Source of the DNA: Eledone cirrhosa
Taxonomy: Eukaryota
Direction: 5' to 3'
NCBI GenBank assembly: GCA_964016885.1
Contig: OZ024740.1
Location: 211,420,139 to 211,484,000, forward strand
DNA: 63,862 nt
Position numbers and translations under genes: made by a program. This document shows, in pieces, positions 15,401 through 28,094 of this stretch. The stretch's first letter is position 1. The number at the start of each line of letters is the position of its first letter. The notes beneath the pieces were generated by a model. That model searched no databases. It saw nothing but the letters and a program-made list of their open reading frames with translations, and had not been told where the DNA came from.

Positions 15401-17474
15401 TGACAATAGACATTGCATCCTGATAGCGGATGTTCATATATCTCGGGCCGCCGATGAACGACGATGGCAAAATGATGCGTCGACCAATTTGCTTGTAATT
15501 GGCATCATCGGCTGTTATCGCATCCTGTATATTATTATACAATTCAGCTCTGATATGTTGTTGATGTGTAGCTATATAATTTAGCCTTTGATTTTCGATC
15601 TTTGCGAATGCCATACAACAGTATTCCTGGAACAATCTGCTGGCTTGAAATAGCGCATTTCTCTGTTGATTCCTCTCGTTCAAATGGAACGCGTAAAAGT
15701 CGCGAATCGAATTATTGTGTCTATTGCCGCCTCCCTGTTGATGCTGATTCTCATGATCATCTAAATGAACAGACATGTTCCATCCATTTTCACCTTTTGG
15801 GAATAAAAGAACATAATGCAATGGATCGTATGCCCTATTTGACTCATTGATAGTCTTGAGACCACCATCTCTGCGATTGAGGACGATACCTCTCGATCCA
15901 GGCTTATCGTCCATCAACACAGCAACACACGAAACCCTTCAGGGGCATTATATCGCCGTTCGTGATGATTCCTATGCACTGCGTGAGCCTTAATCACCAA
16001 TGTTTGCTGCTGAACATTTTGCAGTTCAGCCACCAACATGAAATCCATAACATAAGGATTACACTGTCTAAGCCATGATTGCAAATCACGGATCAAATCA
16101 CTTAACCTTTGCCGTTCAAGTTCAGTTATATTTCCCGGCAACTTCATTCAACCGATCCTGATATCCTCCTCCGATTCACTATAATCTGGATCGTTAACGT
16201 AAATTTGAGCGAATCGAGGCCTCTCTCCTGGGGTAACTTCTAAATTACCGATACAATGGTACAAACGGCCTTGAATGACTACATTCGGTTGCCATGCTCC
16301 ACTCTCAAACATCTCACTAACTCTCTGCGATGCTAAAGCTAATGAATTGTTAATTTGCCGCGAATATTTGCGTAGTAATCTACCTTGGTCTCCTTGATCA
16401 CCCCACATACTTAGTATTTTAAACTCCGGTGACTCCTCATCATCCGGCATTCGCAAGGGTTCTAGTTGAACTGCTCCTTTATGACAGCACATTGTGGTCC
16501 ACGTCTTTTCTTGCCTCCAAAGCAATGCTCCACCATATGGACACTCTGCTCGTCCACCAATCTGAAAATGACACGTTTGCCATGATCCATTTTTAATATC
16601 ATTCGTTCGCCTTCTGGCCTCTTTACTGGAATGAGGAGCACTTTGGCGACACATTCTCTAAACTTCTGTATTGCGCTGGCGCTGTTCAGCCAGCTCCTCT
16701 TCATCCATCGCAGCACGCCGTTGCTGCTGAATTCTGGCCATCTGCTGATGATGCTCAGCCAGTTCGTCTTCAACCATCGCAGTACGCCGTCGCTGCTTGG
16801 CTCCAGTGTTTCGTTGGCGTTGTTCAGCCAGCTCCTCTTCATTCATGGCGGCACGTCTTCGCCTCTGAAGTTCGGGTTCCGATGACGTTCTTGACATTAA
16901 TAAATACTAGCTGACGTACCCAGCTTCGCCCGGGTAAACAGATGATAAGAGAAGACAGGTAAAAGAGAAAAGGACTGTATTGGATGTTTGTCTGGTTACA
17001 GTATGAGGCGAGACCGTGGTGTCTGTGTGATACAAAAAACAGTAAAAAAAATCTTCCAGATATACCAGATTCTTCGTTGTACCGTTTGTGCATAGTATAT
17101 GAACAATTCTAGGTGCTCCCACCTAGAATAGTGACCTCTAGGAGATGGTTCATCTTCTGCCTGACTGTAAAACGTGTATCATTGCATAGATGTGATTGTT
17201 CCACGTTTCTCATCTTTTATATTATAAAGTTCCAATCTTTTATATTATATGTAGATATAGATATAGATAATTAATATAAAAGATGATGTTCAGCCAGTTC
17301 GTCTTCAACCATCGCAGCATTCCGTCGTTGCTTGGCTCCAGTGTTTCGTTGGCGTTGTTCAGCCAGCTCCTCTTCATTCATGGCGGCACGTCTTCGCCTC
17401 TGAAGTTCGGTGTTCCGATGGCGCTGTTCATCCCGTTTTTCTTCATTGCTAGCTGCACGCCGTCGCCGCTGTAG
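12412..17474 (-). pseudogene. Helitron RepHel transposase (HUH Rep + Pif1-like helicase) broken by stops and frameshifts
   Basis: Rep motifs FITVTCNPEW, VIEFQKRGFPHAHLLI, YLFKKYVYKG. Helicase motifs DAPGGTGKTF, WDEAPM, GGDFSQVLP, RRQFPVNLAFSMTVNKTQGQT, FSHGQLYVAVSRV. Zn-finger-like CPY..CCHKG and an N-terminal E/R-rich repeat. Confidence 0.95.
16907..17285 (-). mobile_element. Second copy of the Helitron 3' terminal ~380 bp
   Basis: Near-identical to 11498-11875, including CTAG and the hairpin ACCCGGGCGAAGCTGGGT. Confidence 0.9.
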
Positions 17475-17665
17475 TTCACTGTTTGATAAAGTCGAATTGC
17501 TTTTACTTTCTGTGGAACGCTGCACGCACATAAACATACGCGTACGTACATACACACGCACACATGGTAATAGTTACAGCGTTCACTTTGCCTCTCTATT
17601 TCTTACTCTCCCCTCTCACTCCCTCATTGGCATTATGCATATTAATTTAAGTTTGGCGCCGTTGA

Positions 17666-17743
17666 GGTGGGCGGAGTCGTTTGAAACCTATGAACCAATG
17701 ATAATTGAGAATTATGACACACGGAATAATGACATTGTTGAAA

Positions 17744-17809
<66 letters not shown>

Positions 17810-17887
17810 TTTCAACAATGTCATTATTCCGTGTGTCATAATTCTCAATTATCATTGGTTCATAGGTTTCAAACGACTCCGCCCACC
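17666..17887. repeat. ~80-bp inverted repeat centred on a (TA)n array
   Basis: GGTGGGCGGAGTCGTTTGAAACC...(TA)n...GGTTTCAAACGACTCCGCCCACC. Confidence 0.9.
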
Positions 17888-17918
17888 ATCACACGTATAT
17901 ATATATATATATATATAT

Positions 17919-18225
17919 GTGATGGTGGATGGGTGCTACACGAGAATGCTGAGGATGGCTCTGAACATTAATCAGTATACACTGAGGATGAAAAACTCAG
18001 AGCTGTATGGGAGCATCCCAAAAGTCAGCTCAAAAGTGACACAGAGGAGACTGAGGTTGGCTGGACATGCTCACCGACATCCAGAGTTTATATTGCACTC
18101 AGTGCTCCTGTGGGAGCCCCTACATGGACACACTAGAAGAGGAAGACCAAGGTTAACGTATGTTGATGCCCTAAGGACAGACACAGGTCTGTTGGAGACG
18201 AAGGACATGGCAACTCGTCCATGGA
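17919..18225 (+). mobile_element. RTE LINE C-terminal fragment
   Basis: MLRMALNI..RRLRLAGHAHRH..LLWEP..RRGRPRLTYVD, the typical RTE C-terminus. Confidence 0.85.
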
Positions 18226-18243
18226 TCTCGGGAATTTTACCCG

Positions 18244-18345
<102 letters not shown>

Positions 18346-18874
18346 GTATGTATATGTGTGTGTGTTTACTACAATTATTTATTTCTCTATTCACTATATT
18401 TTCCCAAATTATTCGATTCTTCTAAAGTATTATTTTCTGAACATTGTTAGATAAATTTGAATACAGTTTCAATTTTTTTCGTTTTGTATATTTTATTATG
18501 ATACAAGCAGAATGGCCCAGCGTTGCTCGAGATTCTAAACATAGATTGGCAGGTTTATCCCTCCTTTCTAAAACAGTACAGAGAAGTACGGAAGTACGGC
18601 CTGGGGATGGTGCCTACATTTTGTGCTTATAAAAAAAATTTGTCGTAGGTTACCAGGGGTTTAACTTAATTGGGTGCCTGAGAGTAAAATGTTCAACCCA
18701 CGAAAACCAAGACGATAGGGTTAAGTAAAAAGGCATTCGATAAATCAATTTGATATATATTTATCCTTATCGAGCCTCGTGAAATAAATACGTTTGTTTA
18801 TATTGTGTATGCAAAAATATCTGTGCACGAATATATAACTATATATATATATATATATATATAATTATATATTC

Positions 18875-19507
18875 GTGCACAGATATTTAAACAGATATGT
18901 AAACCCTAGGCTAACTTCTGTAAACCCAAATACAACGTCAAACACAACTTCGCTAAATGTTCATAATCCAACTCTAAATCAAGAAACTATTAGTCCTATT
19001 ATTCCTATCGCAAACAACTTCTCCAATCCAATTCCTTCTATAGATAACACTAGGTCACTCATTAATAATCTCTCTAATTGCAACTGCCGCATTAAAAATA
19101 AATGTCCTCTCAACAACCATTGTCTCGATAAAAACTTAATTTATGAATGTAAAGTTATAACTAGCACCAATTCCTTCACCTATTTTGGCTTCACTTCCAC
19201 CTCTTTTAAAGCTCGTCTCTATAATCACCATTCATCTTTCAAATACAAACTTAAAAGAACCAACACGGCTCTCTCAGAACTCATATGGTCCTTGAAAGAC
19301 AAAAACATTAAAGATACCATCTTTTGGAAGAAGGTTTCTTCTGCATCCTCATACTTGAACAGCTCTCTATCTAAAATCTGTAATCTCTGCCTAAATGAAA
19401 AATTTACCATTATCTATAATCTAGATTCTATAATAAATAGACGTACAGATTTGTTTTCTATCTGCCTGCATAAATTCCATAGGACTTTTCACAAAGTATA
19501 CAGTTAA
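18875..19507 (+). CDS. Penelope-type GIY-YIG endonuclease domain (fragment)
   Basis: CNC..KNKCPLNNHC..LIYEC..YFGFTSTSFKARLYNH..TALSELIW..CNLCLNEK..NRR...CLH. Confidence 0.85.
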   Translation: MHRYLNRYVNPRLTSVNPNTTSNTTSLNVHNPTLNQETISPIIPIANNFSNPIPSIDNTRSLINNLSNCNCRIKNKCPLNNHCLDKNLIYECKVITSTNSFTYFGFTSTSFKARLYNHHSSFKYKLKRTNTALSELIWSLKDKNIKDTIFWKKVSSASSYLNSSLSKICNLCLNEKFTIIYNLDSIINRRTDLFSICLHKFHRTFHKVYS

Positions 19508-20563
19508 TATTCAATTCTTTATCAATTTAGAATCTTTTCTCAAAGGCACATATACATACACCTCTTTAAAATATACCCATCTTCCTACCTTACTTCAAAG
19601 GGCATTATACACTCTATAATACTTGTTTACTCATTACCCTCTTTCTATCTTCACCTTGTAAAATCCTTCATAACATATACATTTGTTTTTTTGACGTTAG
19701 AATATTCATCCGCACTTATTATTATTTTTTCTCTCTATCATAAAACTTTTTAATCTCAATTTCATCCTTAATTTATTATTTTTTTCTCCCCATCAACGAA
19801 CTCATTCTTAATACATATTAACTCTTTCTTCGCACATATTATCAATTCCTTCAATATACAAACTTTAACTTCACATTATTTTTCTCAAATCCTTCTACAC
19901 ACAAACCTTAATAATTTTTCTCTTCGTTAATTTTGAAATTGCCACAATACTTATCAACATACACCTTTTTGACGTTAGAATATTCATCCACAATTATTAT
20001 TTTTTTCTCTCTATCTTCATACATAAACTCCCTCTTTCCTCGTAAATATTTTTCCCTTCGTTAATTTTCAAATTCTTTTAATTTATACATTATCTTCCAA
20101 CGGTTCTCAACCTCTCTATGTAAAACAATATATCTTTTCTCAGTTATAAAAACTATCTCTTTCTCTCTATCACCCATCTCTCCCTCTCCACCTTCACTCT
20201 CATCTCCTCCCTCTTTTTTCATCCTTTCCACCACCCCTCCCTAAATAAAATATTTTTTCCTCGTACATATCTTTCCCTTCGTTAATTTTCAAATTCTTTT
20301 AATTTATACATTATCTTCCAACGGTTTTCAACCTCTCTATGTAAAACAATATATCTTCTCTCAGTTATAAAAACTATCTCTTTCTCTCTATCACCCATCT
20401 CTCCCTCTCATCTCCTCCCCTTTTTCATCCTTTCCACCCCCCCCCCTCTCTAAATAAAATATTTTTTTCCCAATATCACATATCAATCTAAAACCACTTT
20501 TCATATGTTGATTTAAAACTGCACTATCCACAAGTGTTCTTTAGCCTTCATATCATGTTCTCC

Positions 20564-20634
20564 TGTTTTATCTGATGAAAACACAAATATTATTGCATGA
20601 TGATGTTTGTTTTTGAAATGCGCATAATAAAATA
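20564..20634 (+). ncRNA. Type I hammerhead ribozyme in the Penelope 3' region
   Basis: TGTTTTAT CTGATGA [ACAAATATTATT/GATGATGTTTGT stem] GAAA TGCGCA TA ATAAAATA. Confidence 0.75.
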
Positions 20635-20755
20635 CATGGAACTCCTTTAACCATCTTTTGATCTTATATTATGTATACTCCAGTCCTACAAACTGTAGAG
20701 TGCTTCTTATCCGATATCTGCATTGCTTTATTGTACTACAATAAAACTCACCTCC

Positions 20756-20839
<84 letters not shown>

Positions 20840-21319
20840 TAACAGATTAAAGTGTAAGCAAAGAATCGCTACTTTCACCCTTAACGGGATCTTCTGAAAC
20901 TAAAAAAATCAATCTCTGAACGCAGAAGTAAATATTTCGAAAAACGTTTCACACTATATATATATATACACACACTATATATACATATATACACACGCAC
21001 ACAGATAGCGAAGTCAATGTTTTCATAATGTCGTAATGCAGACACCCAGACATACAGACAGATATTATAAGGGCGCGACGTTATAGCTATGTATCTTTCT
21101 AAAAAGACAGACTAAGAAAGAGAGAGAGAGATCACTAACCGGCGCCTAATGAGGTCCCTAGGGCATTGAAAATTTGAAATATTTTTTGCTCAAAACACTC
21201 ACACGGCCATAAGTATTACATGTGTAAAGTTTGAAAAAATCGGTTGGGTGGTTCTCGAGTTTTAGGGAGACAGACAGACAGACATTCTCTGTTTTAGATA
21301 TATAGATAATTCTACCTCC

Positions 21320-21620
21320 AATAATGGTTTCTAATTTAGACCCCAGTGCGTTACTGGTACTTTATCTCATCAACCCAGTAGGAATGAAAACAATAGCTAA
21401 ACTCGGCGGGATTTGAACTCAGAATGCAAAGAGCCGTAACTCTATACAATCAGGCGTGTTGTCCGACGCTCCACCGATACTGCCAATCTATCGCCCTCTA
21501 ATAATAATGATTTCTGCTTTAGGCACAAGACCAAAACTTTTTGGGGAAGGGAAAGTTGATTAAATCGCTCCCAGTGCATTACTGGTATTTTAATACTGCC
21601 AATCCACTGCCCTCTAATAA
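21320..21620 (-). mobile_element. SINE family A copies
   Basis: GGCGGGATTTGAACTC (B-box GAGTTCAAATCCC on minus) plus the family core. Confidence 0.75.
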
Positions 21621-21836
21621 TCCTAGCTCTAATAATATTGGAATGTTAAGTGTATTTAGGCTTTAAATGACTTTTCTCTTCATATTTATATTGCTACTAA
21701 TACTAACTTTATTGTAGTCTTGAGAAGCTCCCTGTTGTATTGTTAATTAGACAAACTGTTAGATTAACCACTAATGCCATCACATCTACCACAAGTTGAT
21801 TTGATATTTGCACAACTCAGATCAAGTAACATTATT

Positions 21837-22745
21837 CGATAGAGTGTGTAGCTCAGAGATCAGAGAGTCACTCCAGGTAGAGCCGCTACTTCTCCTGAAG
21901 GCTCTTTGGAGTTATGTTACTAGATAGAGTGTGTAGCTCAGAGATCAGACAGAGAGTCACCCCAGGTACAGCCGCTACTTCTCCTGAAGGCTCTTTGGAG
22001 TTATGTTACTCGATAGAGTGTGTAGCTCAGAGATGAGAGAGTCACTCCAGGTAGAGTCGCTACTTCTCCTGAAGGGTCTTTGGAGTAACGTTACTTGATA
22101 GAGTGTGTAGCTCAGAGATCAGAGAGTCACTCAAGGTAGAGCCGCTACTTCTCCTGAAGGGTCTTTGGAGTAACGTTACTCGATAAAGTGTGTAGCTCAG
22201 AGATCAGAGAGTCACTCCAGGTAGAGTCGCTACTTCTCCTCAAGAGTCTTTGGAGTAACGTTACTCGATAGAGTGTGTAGCTCAGAGATCAGAGAGTCAC
22301 TCAAGGTAGAGCCGCTACTTCTCCTGAAGGCTCTTTGGAGTAACGTTACTCGATACAGTGTAACTCAGAGATCAGAGAGTCACTCCAGGTAGAGCCGCTA
22401 CTTCTCCTGAAGGCTCTTTGGAGTAACGTTACTCGATACAGTGTAACTCAGAGATCAGAGAGTCACTCCAGGTAGGTAGAGTCGCTACTTCTCCTGAAAG
22501 GTTTGGGGTAACGTTACTCGATAGAGTGTGTAGCTCAGAGATCAGAGAGTCACTCCAGGTAGAGCCGCTACTTCTCCTCAAGAGTCTTTGGAGTAACGTT
22601 ACTCGATAGAGTGTGTAGCTCAGAGATCAGAGAGTCACTCCAGGTAGAGCCGCTACTTCTCCTCAAGAGTCTTTGGAATAACGTTACTTGATAGAGTGTA
22701 GCTCAGAGATCAGAGAGTCACTCCAGGTAGAGCCGCTGCTTCTCC
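21837..22745 (+). repeat. ~85-bp minisatellite (~10-11 copies) derived from RTE coding sequence
   Basis: The unit translates as GVTLLDRVCSSEIRESLQVEPLLL, and the last copy runs on into QIERSQLLYYGHVVRMSQKR. Confidence 0.85.
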
Positions 22746-22809
22746 AAATTGAGAGATCACAGCTCCTATACTATGGGCATGTGGTTAGAATGTCTCAGAA
22801 AAGAATGAC

Positions 22810-22945
22810 TGGACCAGAGGGTCGTGGGGACAGTGTCTTCAAACACTCCTTCCAGTGAGTCCTGTCAGAAGCAACCTTCTCCAACTGATCCTGCTGGATC
22901 TCCAAGCAAGACCAGCCAAGCTCATGGTTGTTATCCAACCATTGT
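22810..22945 (-). mobile_element. RTE 3' end in inverted orientation
   Basis: WLDNNHELGWSC..ASDRTHWKECLKTLSPRP; same family as 61470-61715. Confidence 0.75.
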
Positions 22946-23994
22946 ATACTTAATTTGAATAAAATGGTGTCCCTCTTTCCTTGATGCCCTAAGCAAGTAC
23001 TTATTTTTCTCAGTGGTTTATCGATTCCCTGCAATGAGTTGCTGTCAGGTAGAGCAACTAAGAAATATGGCAAAGTATACAAAGCTGACAATAATTTCTT
23101 CTATATAGGAAATGCCCCATATAGAGCTTGTCTGGGGGTATTTCTAGATTATATTTTAATGTTTTCAGAGGAAGGGGTCAATGAAAACCTCTTATAGGGC
23201 TTTAGAGATTGATAAGAGAAGAAGAGGAGGAGAATAAACCACAAGTCCCAGATAACCCTCAATCAGGAGACTTGGACCAAATACTTGCAATGGAATGGAC
23301 TCTACTCAATTCACCCAACGACTAGGTGGTTGTGTTAAAGTGGGTAACAGATTAAGTGGACTCCCAAATCAGGTACACTCCTCTGACAGGCTTCTGTACA
23401 ATCTCTGTCTACTCTATCATCATCATCATCATCCTTTAATGTCAATTTTTCTATGCTAGCATGTTGTATCCTGTTGTGAACAATGCCAGGTGAGGTGACC
23501 ATGTCTTGCCCATATATAACTGGTTTGGCTTGGTTTCTACAGCTGGATGCTCTTCCTAACATCAACCTCATTTACAGTGAGTACTGGGTGCTTTTTCTCG
23601 TGATACACACATGCACACACATACACATGCATATATATGCACACACACATATGTACACACATTACACACACATGAACACTTACACATACACACATATGTA
23701 CACACACACATACACACATGCACACACAGATACACATACATGCACACACACATATACACACACATGCACACACACATATGCACACATACACACACATACA
23801 TACATACTCACACACACACACATCCCCACACACACATACACCCCCATATACATACCCCCCCCCATATACACAGGGAAGGCGGACAAGCATGACAATGATT
23901 AGTTTTGACCAAGTATAATGTCCATGTTTCCATTGTCGTGTCATATACTCAATAGAATGAGCTTGAGTTAAGGAACTATTACTAACTCAGGAGT

Positions 23995-24300
23995 GAGGGA
24001 GTGTGGCTTTGTGGTTAGAGACATCGGCTCACAATAGGAAGGACATGAGTTCGATTCCCGGCGGCATGTTGTGTCCTTGAGCAAGACACTTTATCTCACG
24101 TTGCTCAGTCCACTTAGCTGGCAAAAATGAGTAGTACGTGTAATTCGAAGGGCCAGACTTATCACATTCTGTGTCACACTGAATCTCCCCGAGAACTACG
24201 TTAAGGGTACGTGTGTTTGTGGAATGCTCAGCCACTTGCACGTTAATTTCATGAGTAGGCTGTTCCATTGATCAAATCAACTGGAACACTCGTCGAAGTA
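23995..24300 (+). mobile_element. tRNA-derived SINE family B
   Basis: A-box-like TGGCTTTGTGG, B-box GAGTTCGATTCCC, then GTCCTTGAGCAAGACACTT; matches 62513-62835. Confidence 0.8.
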
Positions 24301-24644
24301 CCTTAATAGCTGTTACTATCTCAGGAATGATAAAACACATCAAGCTCAATAGGATTTCAATAGATAGAAGCATCAAATATCAAAATATATTGTTTATACC
24401 CACACCGATGTTGTATGTGAGAGCAAGAAACTGAGAGTATCTTAGTCAGTATAGGAAGGAGTAATGCTAGAGCTGTGAAATCTTGTATGCATTAATTGTT
24501 TACGCCCACTCCGATGTATGGGAGAACAAGAAGCTGTAGCATGACAGAAAATAAATTCAACGGAACACTTGCATAACATATTCTAAGTAAAAGTAATATT
24601 TTGGTGGGTTTCACATGATTTCACAGCTCTAGCATCACTCCTCT

Positions 24645-24820
24645 ATAGGCTGGCCAAGAGACTCTCATGGAATGTCCAAATGAGGTTTAATTTTCAACAT
24701 AGTCGCTGAAAAGAAATAACACAGTTATTAATAAGAGTTGAAATTAATGCATGCAAGATTTCACAGCTCTAGCATTACTCCGTCATAGTTAGCTTATGTA
24801 CTTTTCATCCAACACTCGTA
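24645..24820. mobile_element. Degraded mariner-like MITE
   Basis: Right end ..CTTATGTACTTTTCATCCAACACTCGTA approximates the reverse complement of AGGGTCGGCTGAAAAGTTCATA (54697, 55432) and ends in TA. Confidence 0.45.
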
Positions 24821-24899
24821 GATGGAATTGGGTTTAGTAAGGAATGATCCTATAACTCCTGGTGGAGTCATAGGAACACCATTGTGGCATACAGAATTT

Positions 24900-25160
24900 C
24901 TTTGGCATTTTAAGCCTGGCAAAGTCCAACTCCTCTCCAGGTCTGAACACAGCAGATTTCTTCCAAAGAAGAATAGAAAGTGAGAGGACGGAAGTGGGAA
25001 AGAGATATAGAGGAAATATTGACGCCAGTTTTAGACTGGTACTTTTTTTAATGAACCTCGAAAGAATGAAAGACAAAGTTGACCTTGGTGGAATTTGAAC
25101 TCAGAGAGCAGAAAGACTGAACTAATATCATAAAGCATTCTATCTGACGTTCTAACAATT
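24900..25160 (-). mobile_element. SINE family A variant with extended 3' part
   Basis: Family core plus a segment shared with 54180-54580. Confidence 0.65.
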
Positions 25161-25589
25161 CTGCCAATGTGTCGCCAAGAATTGAACTGAATCCATCCAG
25201 CAAGCAGTCTCTCAAATCCATCAATAAATATTTATCTCACGCCATTGCCTGTCATTTTTTAATTAGATACTCAAAGATTGATTAATCTTATTGATCTGAT
25301 GCAAGTGTATTTTCTAGCTATACACATGCTAGCATTTTATACTCACAATTGAAATGAAATACTAATCAATTAGGCAGTGCTCCTACTTGAAATATACAGA
25401 GATCCACATGGTAACTATTGATTGGGAGAGCTAATAGTCATGGTCAAGCCTGCAGTCAACACTTCATCTGATAGCTTCACATCCTTTCAACTTGTCAAAC
25501 TACATACACAACAAAAGAAAAATAATTAATAGGATATTGTATAGAAAGTCATAGTTGTAGATGGCCAATTTGATATCAGCACTGTGTTA

Positions 25590-27056
25590 TGTCTTTGATC
25601 AAAACAATTATTGATTCAGTCAAACTGTGTCTTTGATCAAAACTATTATTGACTCAGTCAAGCTGTGTCCTTGATCAAAACAATTATTGACTCAGTAAAA
25701 CTGTATCTTTGATCAAAACAATTATTGACTCAGTAAAACTGTCTTTGATCAAAACTATTATTGACTCAGTAAAACTGTATCTTTGATCAAAACTATTATT
25801 GACTCAGTGAAACTGTGTCTTTGATCAAAACTGTTATTGACTCAGTAAAACTGTATCTTTCATCAAAACTATTATTGACTCAGTCAAACTGTGTCTTTGA
25901 TCAAAACTATTATTGACTCAGTCAAGCTGTGTCCTTGATCAAAACTATTATTGACTCAGTAAAACTGTATTTTTGATCAAAACAATTATTGACTCAGTAA
26001 AACTGTGTCTTTGATCAAAACTATTATTGACTCAGTAAAACTGTATCTTTGATCAAAACTATTATTGACTCAGTAAAACTGTGTCTTTGATCAAAACAAT
26101 TATTGACTCAGTAAAACTGTGTCTTTGATCAAAACTGTTATTGACTCAGTCAAGCTGTGTCCTTGATCAAAACAATTATTGACTCAGTCAAGCTGTGTCC
26201 TTGATCAAAACAATTATTGACTCAGTAAAACTGTATCTTTGATCAAAACAATTATTGACTCAGTAAAACTGTGTCTTTGATCAAAACAATTATTGACTCA
26301 GTAAAACTGTGTCTTTGATCAAAACTATTATTGACTCAGTCAAACTGTGTCCTTGATCAAAACTATTATTGACTCAGTAAAACTGTGTCTTTGATCAAAA
26401 CAATTATTGACTCAGTAAAACTGTGTCTTTGATCAAAACAATTATTGACTCAGTCAAACTGTGTCTTTGATCAAAACTATTATTGACTCAGTCAAACTGT
26501 GTCCTTGATCAAAACTATTATTGACTCAGTCAAACTGTGTCCTTGATCAAAACTATTCTTATTGACTCAGTCAAACTGTGTCCTTGATCAAAACTATTAT
26601 TGACTCAGTAAAACTGTGTCTTTGATCAAAACAATTATTGACTCAGTCAAACTGTGTCTTTGATCAAAACTATTATTGACTCAGTCAAACTGTGTCCTTG
26701 ATCAAAACTATTATTGATTCAGTCAAACTGTGTCCTTGATCAAAACTATTATTGATTCAGTCAAACTGTGTCCTTGATCAAAACTATTATTGACTCAGTC
26801 AAACTGTGTCCTTGATCAAAACTATTATTGACTCAGTCAAACTGTGTCCTTGATCAAAACTATTATTGACTCAGTAAAACTGTATCTTTGATCAAAACTA
26901 TTATTGACTCAGTCAAACTGTGTCCTTGATCAAAACTATTATTGATTCAGTCAAACTGTGTCTTTGATCAAAACTATTCTTATTGACTCAGTCAAGCTGT
27001 GTCTTTGATCAAAACTATTATTGACTCAGTCAAGCTGTGTCTTTGATCAAAACAAT
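25590..27056. repeat. 38-bp minisatellite (~38 copies)
   Basis: Unit GTCTTTGATCAAAACTATTATTGACTCAGTAAAACTGT. Confidence 0.95.
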
Positions 27057-27920
27057 TCTCAGTGACTGAGTCAACTGAGTTGTGTGGTGTCTTTGATAAA
27101 AGCATTTCTCAGTGACTCAGTCAACTGAGCTGTAAGTTGGTATTTCATGAAGTGCAGCTTAATGTTACAAGAAGTAGGATCACTGTAAAACTGACATATG
27201 TTTCATTAGCTTATGGTGCTGAATTCCACTCCTTTTATAAGTATAGCTTGAAGAGAAATGGATTGTAACAAGCTGTCTTGTTCTCAAGAACTACCAAAAA
27301 GGAAAAATATAAACCTGTACAGGCACCACTACAGTTCAATGGGTTATGGGACAGGTTGATAGTGAAAAATAAATGATAATAGATCAAAATAAAGAAGATT
27401 ATAACACCAGAATAAGCGAGGAAGTATCCTTGATGTGAGAATGTACCAACAAAGGGAGGCTTTCTTTGTAACAACATAATATCAAATATCTAGATGAAAC
27501 GCTTAGCAAGTAGTTTTAAACTAATTGCTAATATAATTAATTTCATCAAAGAGCCAAAAACAATAGCTGTAGACTTCAGGAATTTCATGCTTACTAATCT
27601 GTCTAACTGCAACCCTCAAACCAGTCTTTACACAAATGTTCATATGTATATATATATGTATGTGTGTGTGTGTGTGTATTAAGTATTTCCGTAGAAAAGG
27701 TAAAGGAAAGAAAAGTGCTCTATGAATTATATATGTATATGTGTGTGTGTGTATTTATGTGTATGTGTATATATATGCGTATGTATGTGTGTGTGTATGA
27801 GTGTATATATGTAGTTGATATGCTTATATATCTATGTAAGATATACAATCTTACATAGCTTGAAGAGCAATGGATGTACGTATTTTATGTGTTGTGTATG
27901 TATGTATATTTGTATGTGTC

Positions 27921-27959
<39 letters not shown>

Positions 27960-28094
27960 GTTTAACGTCTATCTTCCACGCTAGTATGGGTTAGACATGT
28001 ATATATATGTTTTCCGTTATAAGTGGTTATTTTAACTCAGCCTCACTTTTATTTTTAATAGATATCAATTTCAAAATTTAAATCCAAAACATAA

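Larger units (their letters stand above)
11498..17750 (-). mobile_element. Helitron, autonomous-type, degraded
   Basis: 3' end CTAG at 11498-11501, preceded on minus by hairpin ACCTGGGCGAAGCTGGGT and followed by T. Contains RepHel ORF fragments. The 5' boundary next to (TA)n is uncertain. Confidence 0.92.
18860..20760 (+). mobile_element. 5'-truncated Penelope-like element between (TA)n arrays
   Basis: GIY-YIG ORF, then a pyrimidine-rich tail with a ~220-bp tandem duplication (20035-20467), then a hammerhead. Confidence 0.85.
18504..21306 (-). mobile_element. Possible non-autonomous Helitron ends enclosing later insertions
   Basis: Minus 5' end TCTATATATCTAAAACAGAG..(CTGT)n at 21306; minus 3' end with hairpin CTCGAGCAACGCTGGG + CTTG-T at 18504. 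That the two ends belong together is inferred. Confidence 0.4.

Noticed and set aside
11498-17285. LTR element suggested by 380-bp direct repeats
   Set aside because: The repeats are Helitron 3' termini (hairpin + CTAG) and the interior is RepHel.
23995-24065. tRNA gene candidates (also 28668, 51418, 62513)
   Set aside because: A/B boxes lead into SINE bodies and no full cloverleaf is evident.
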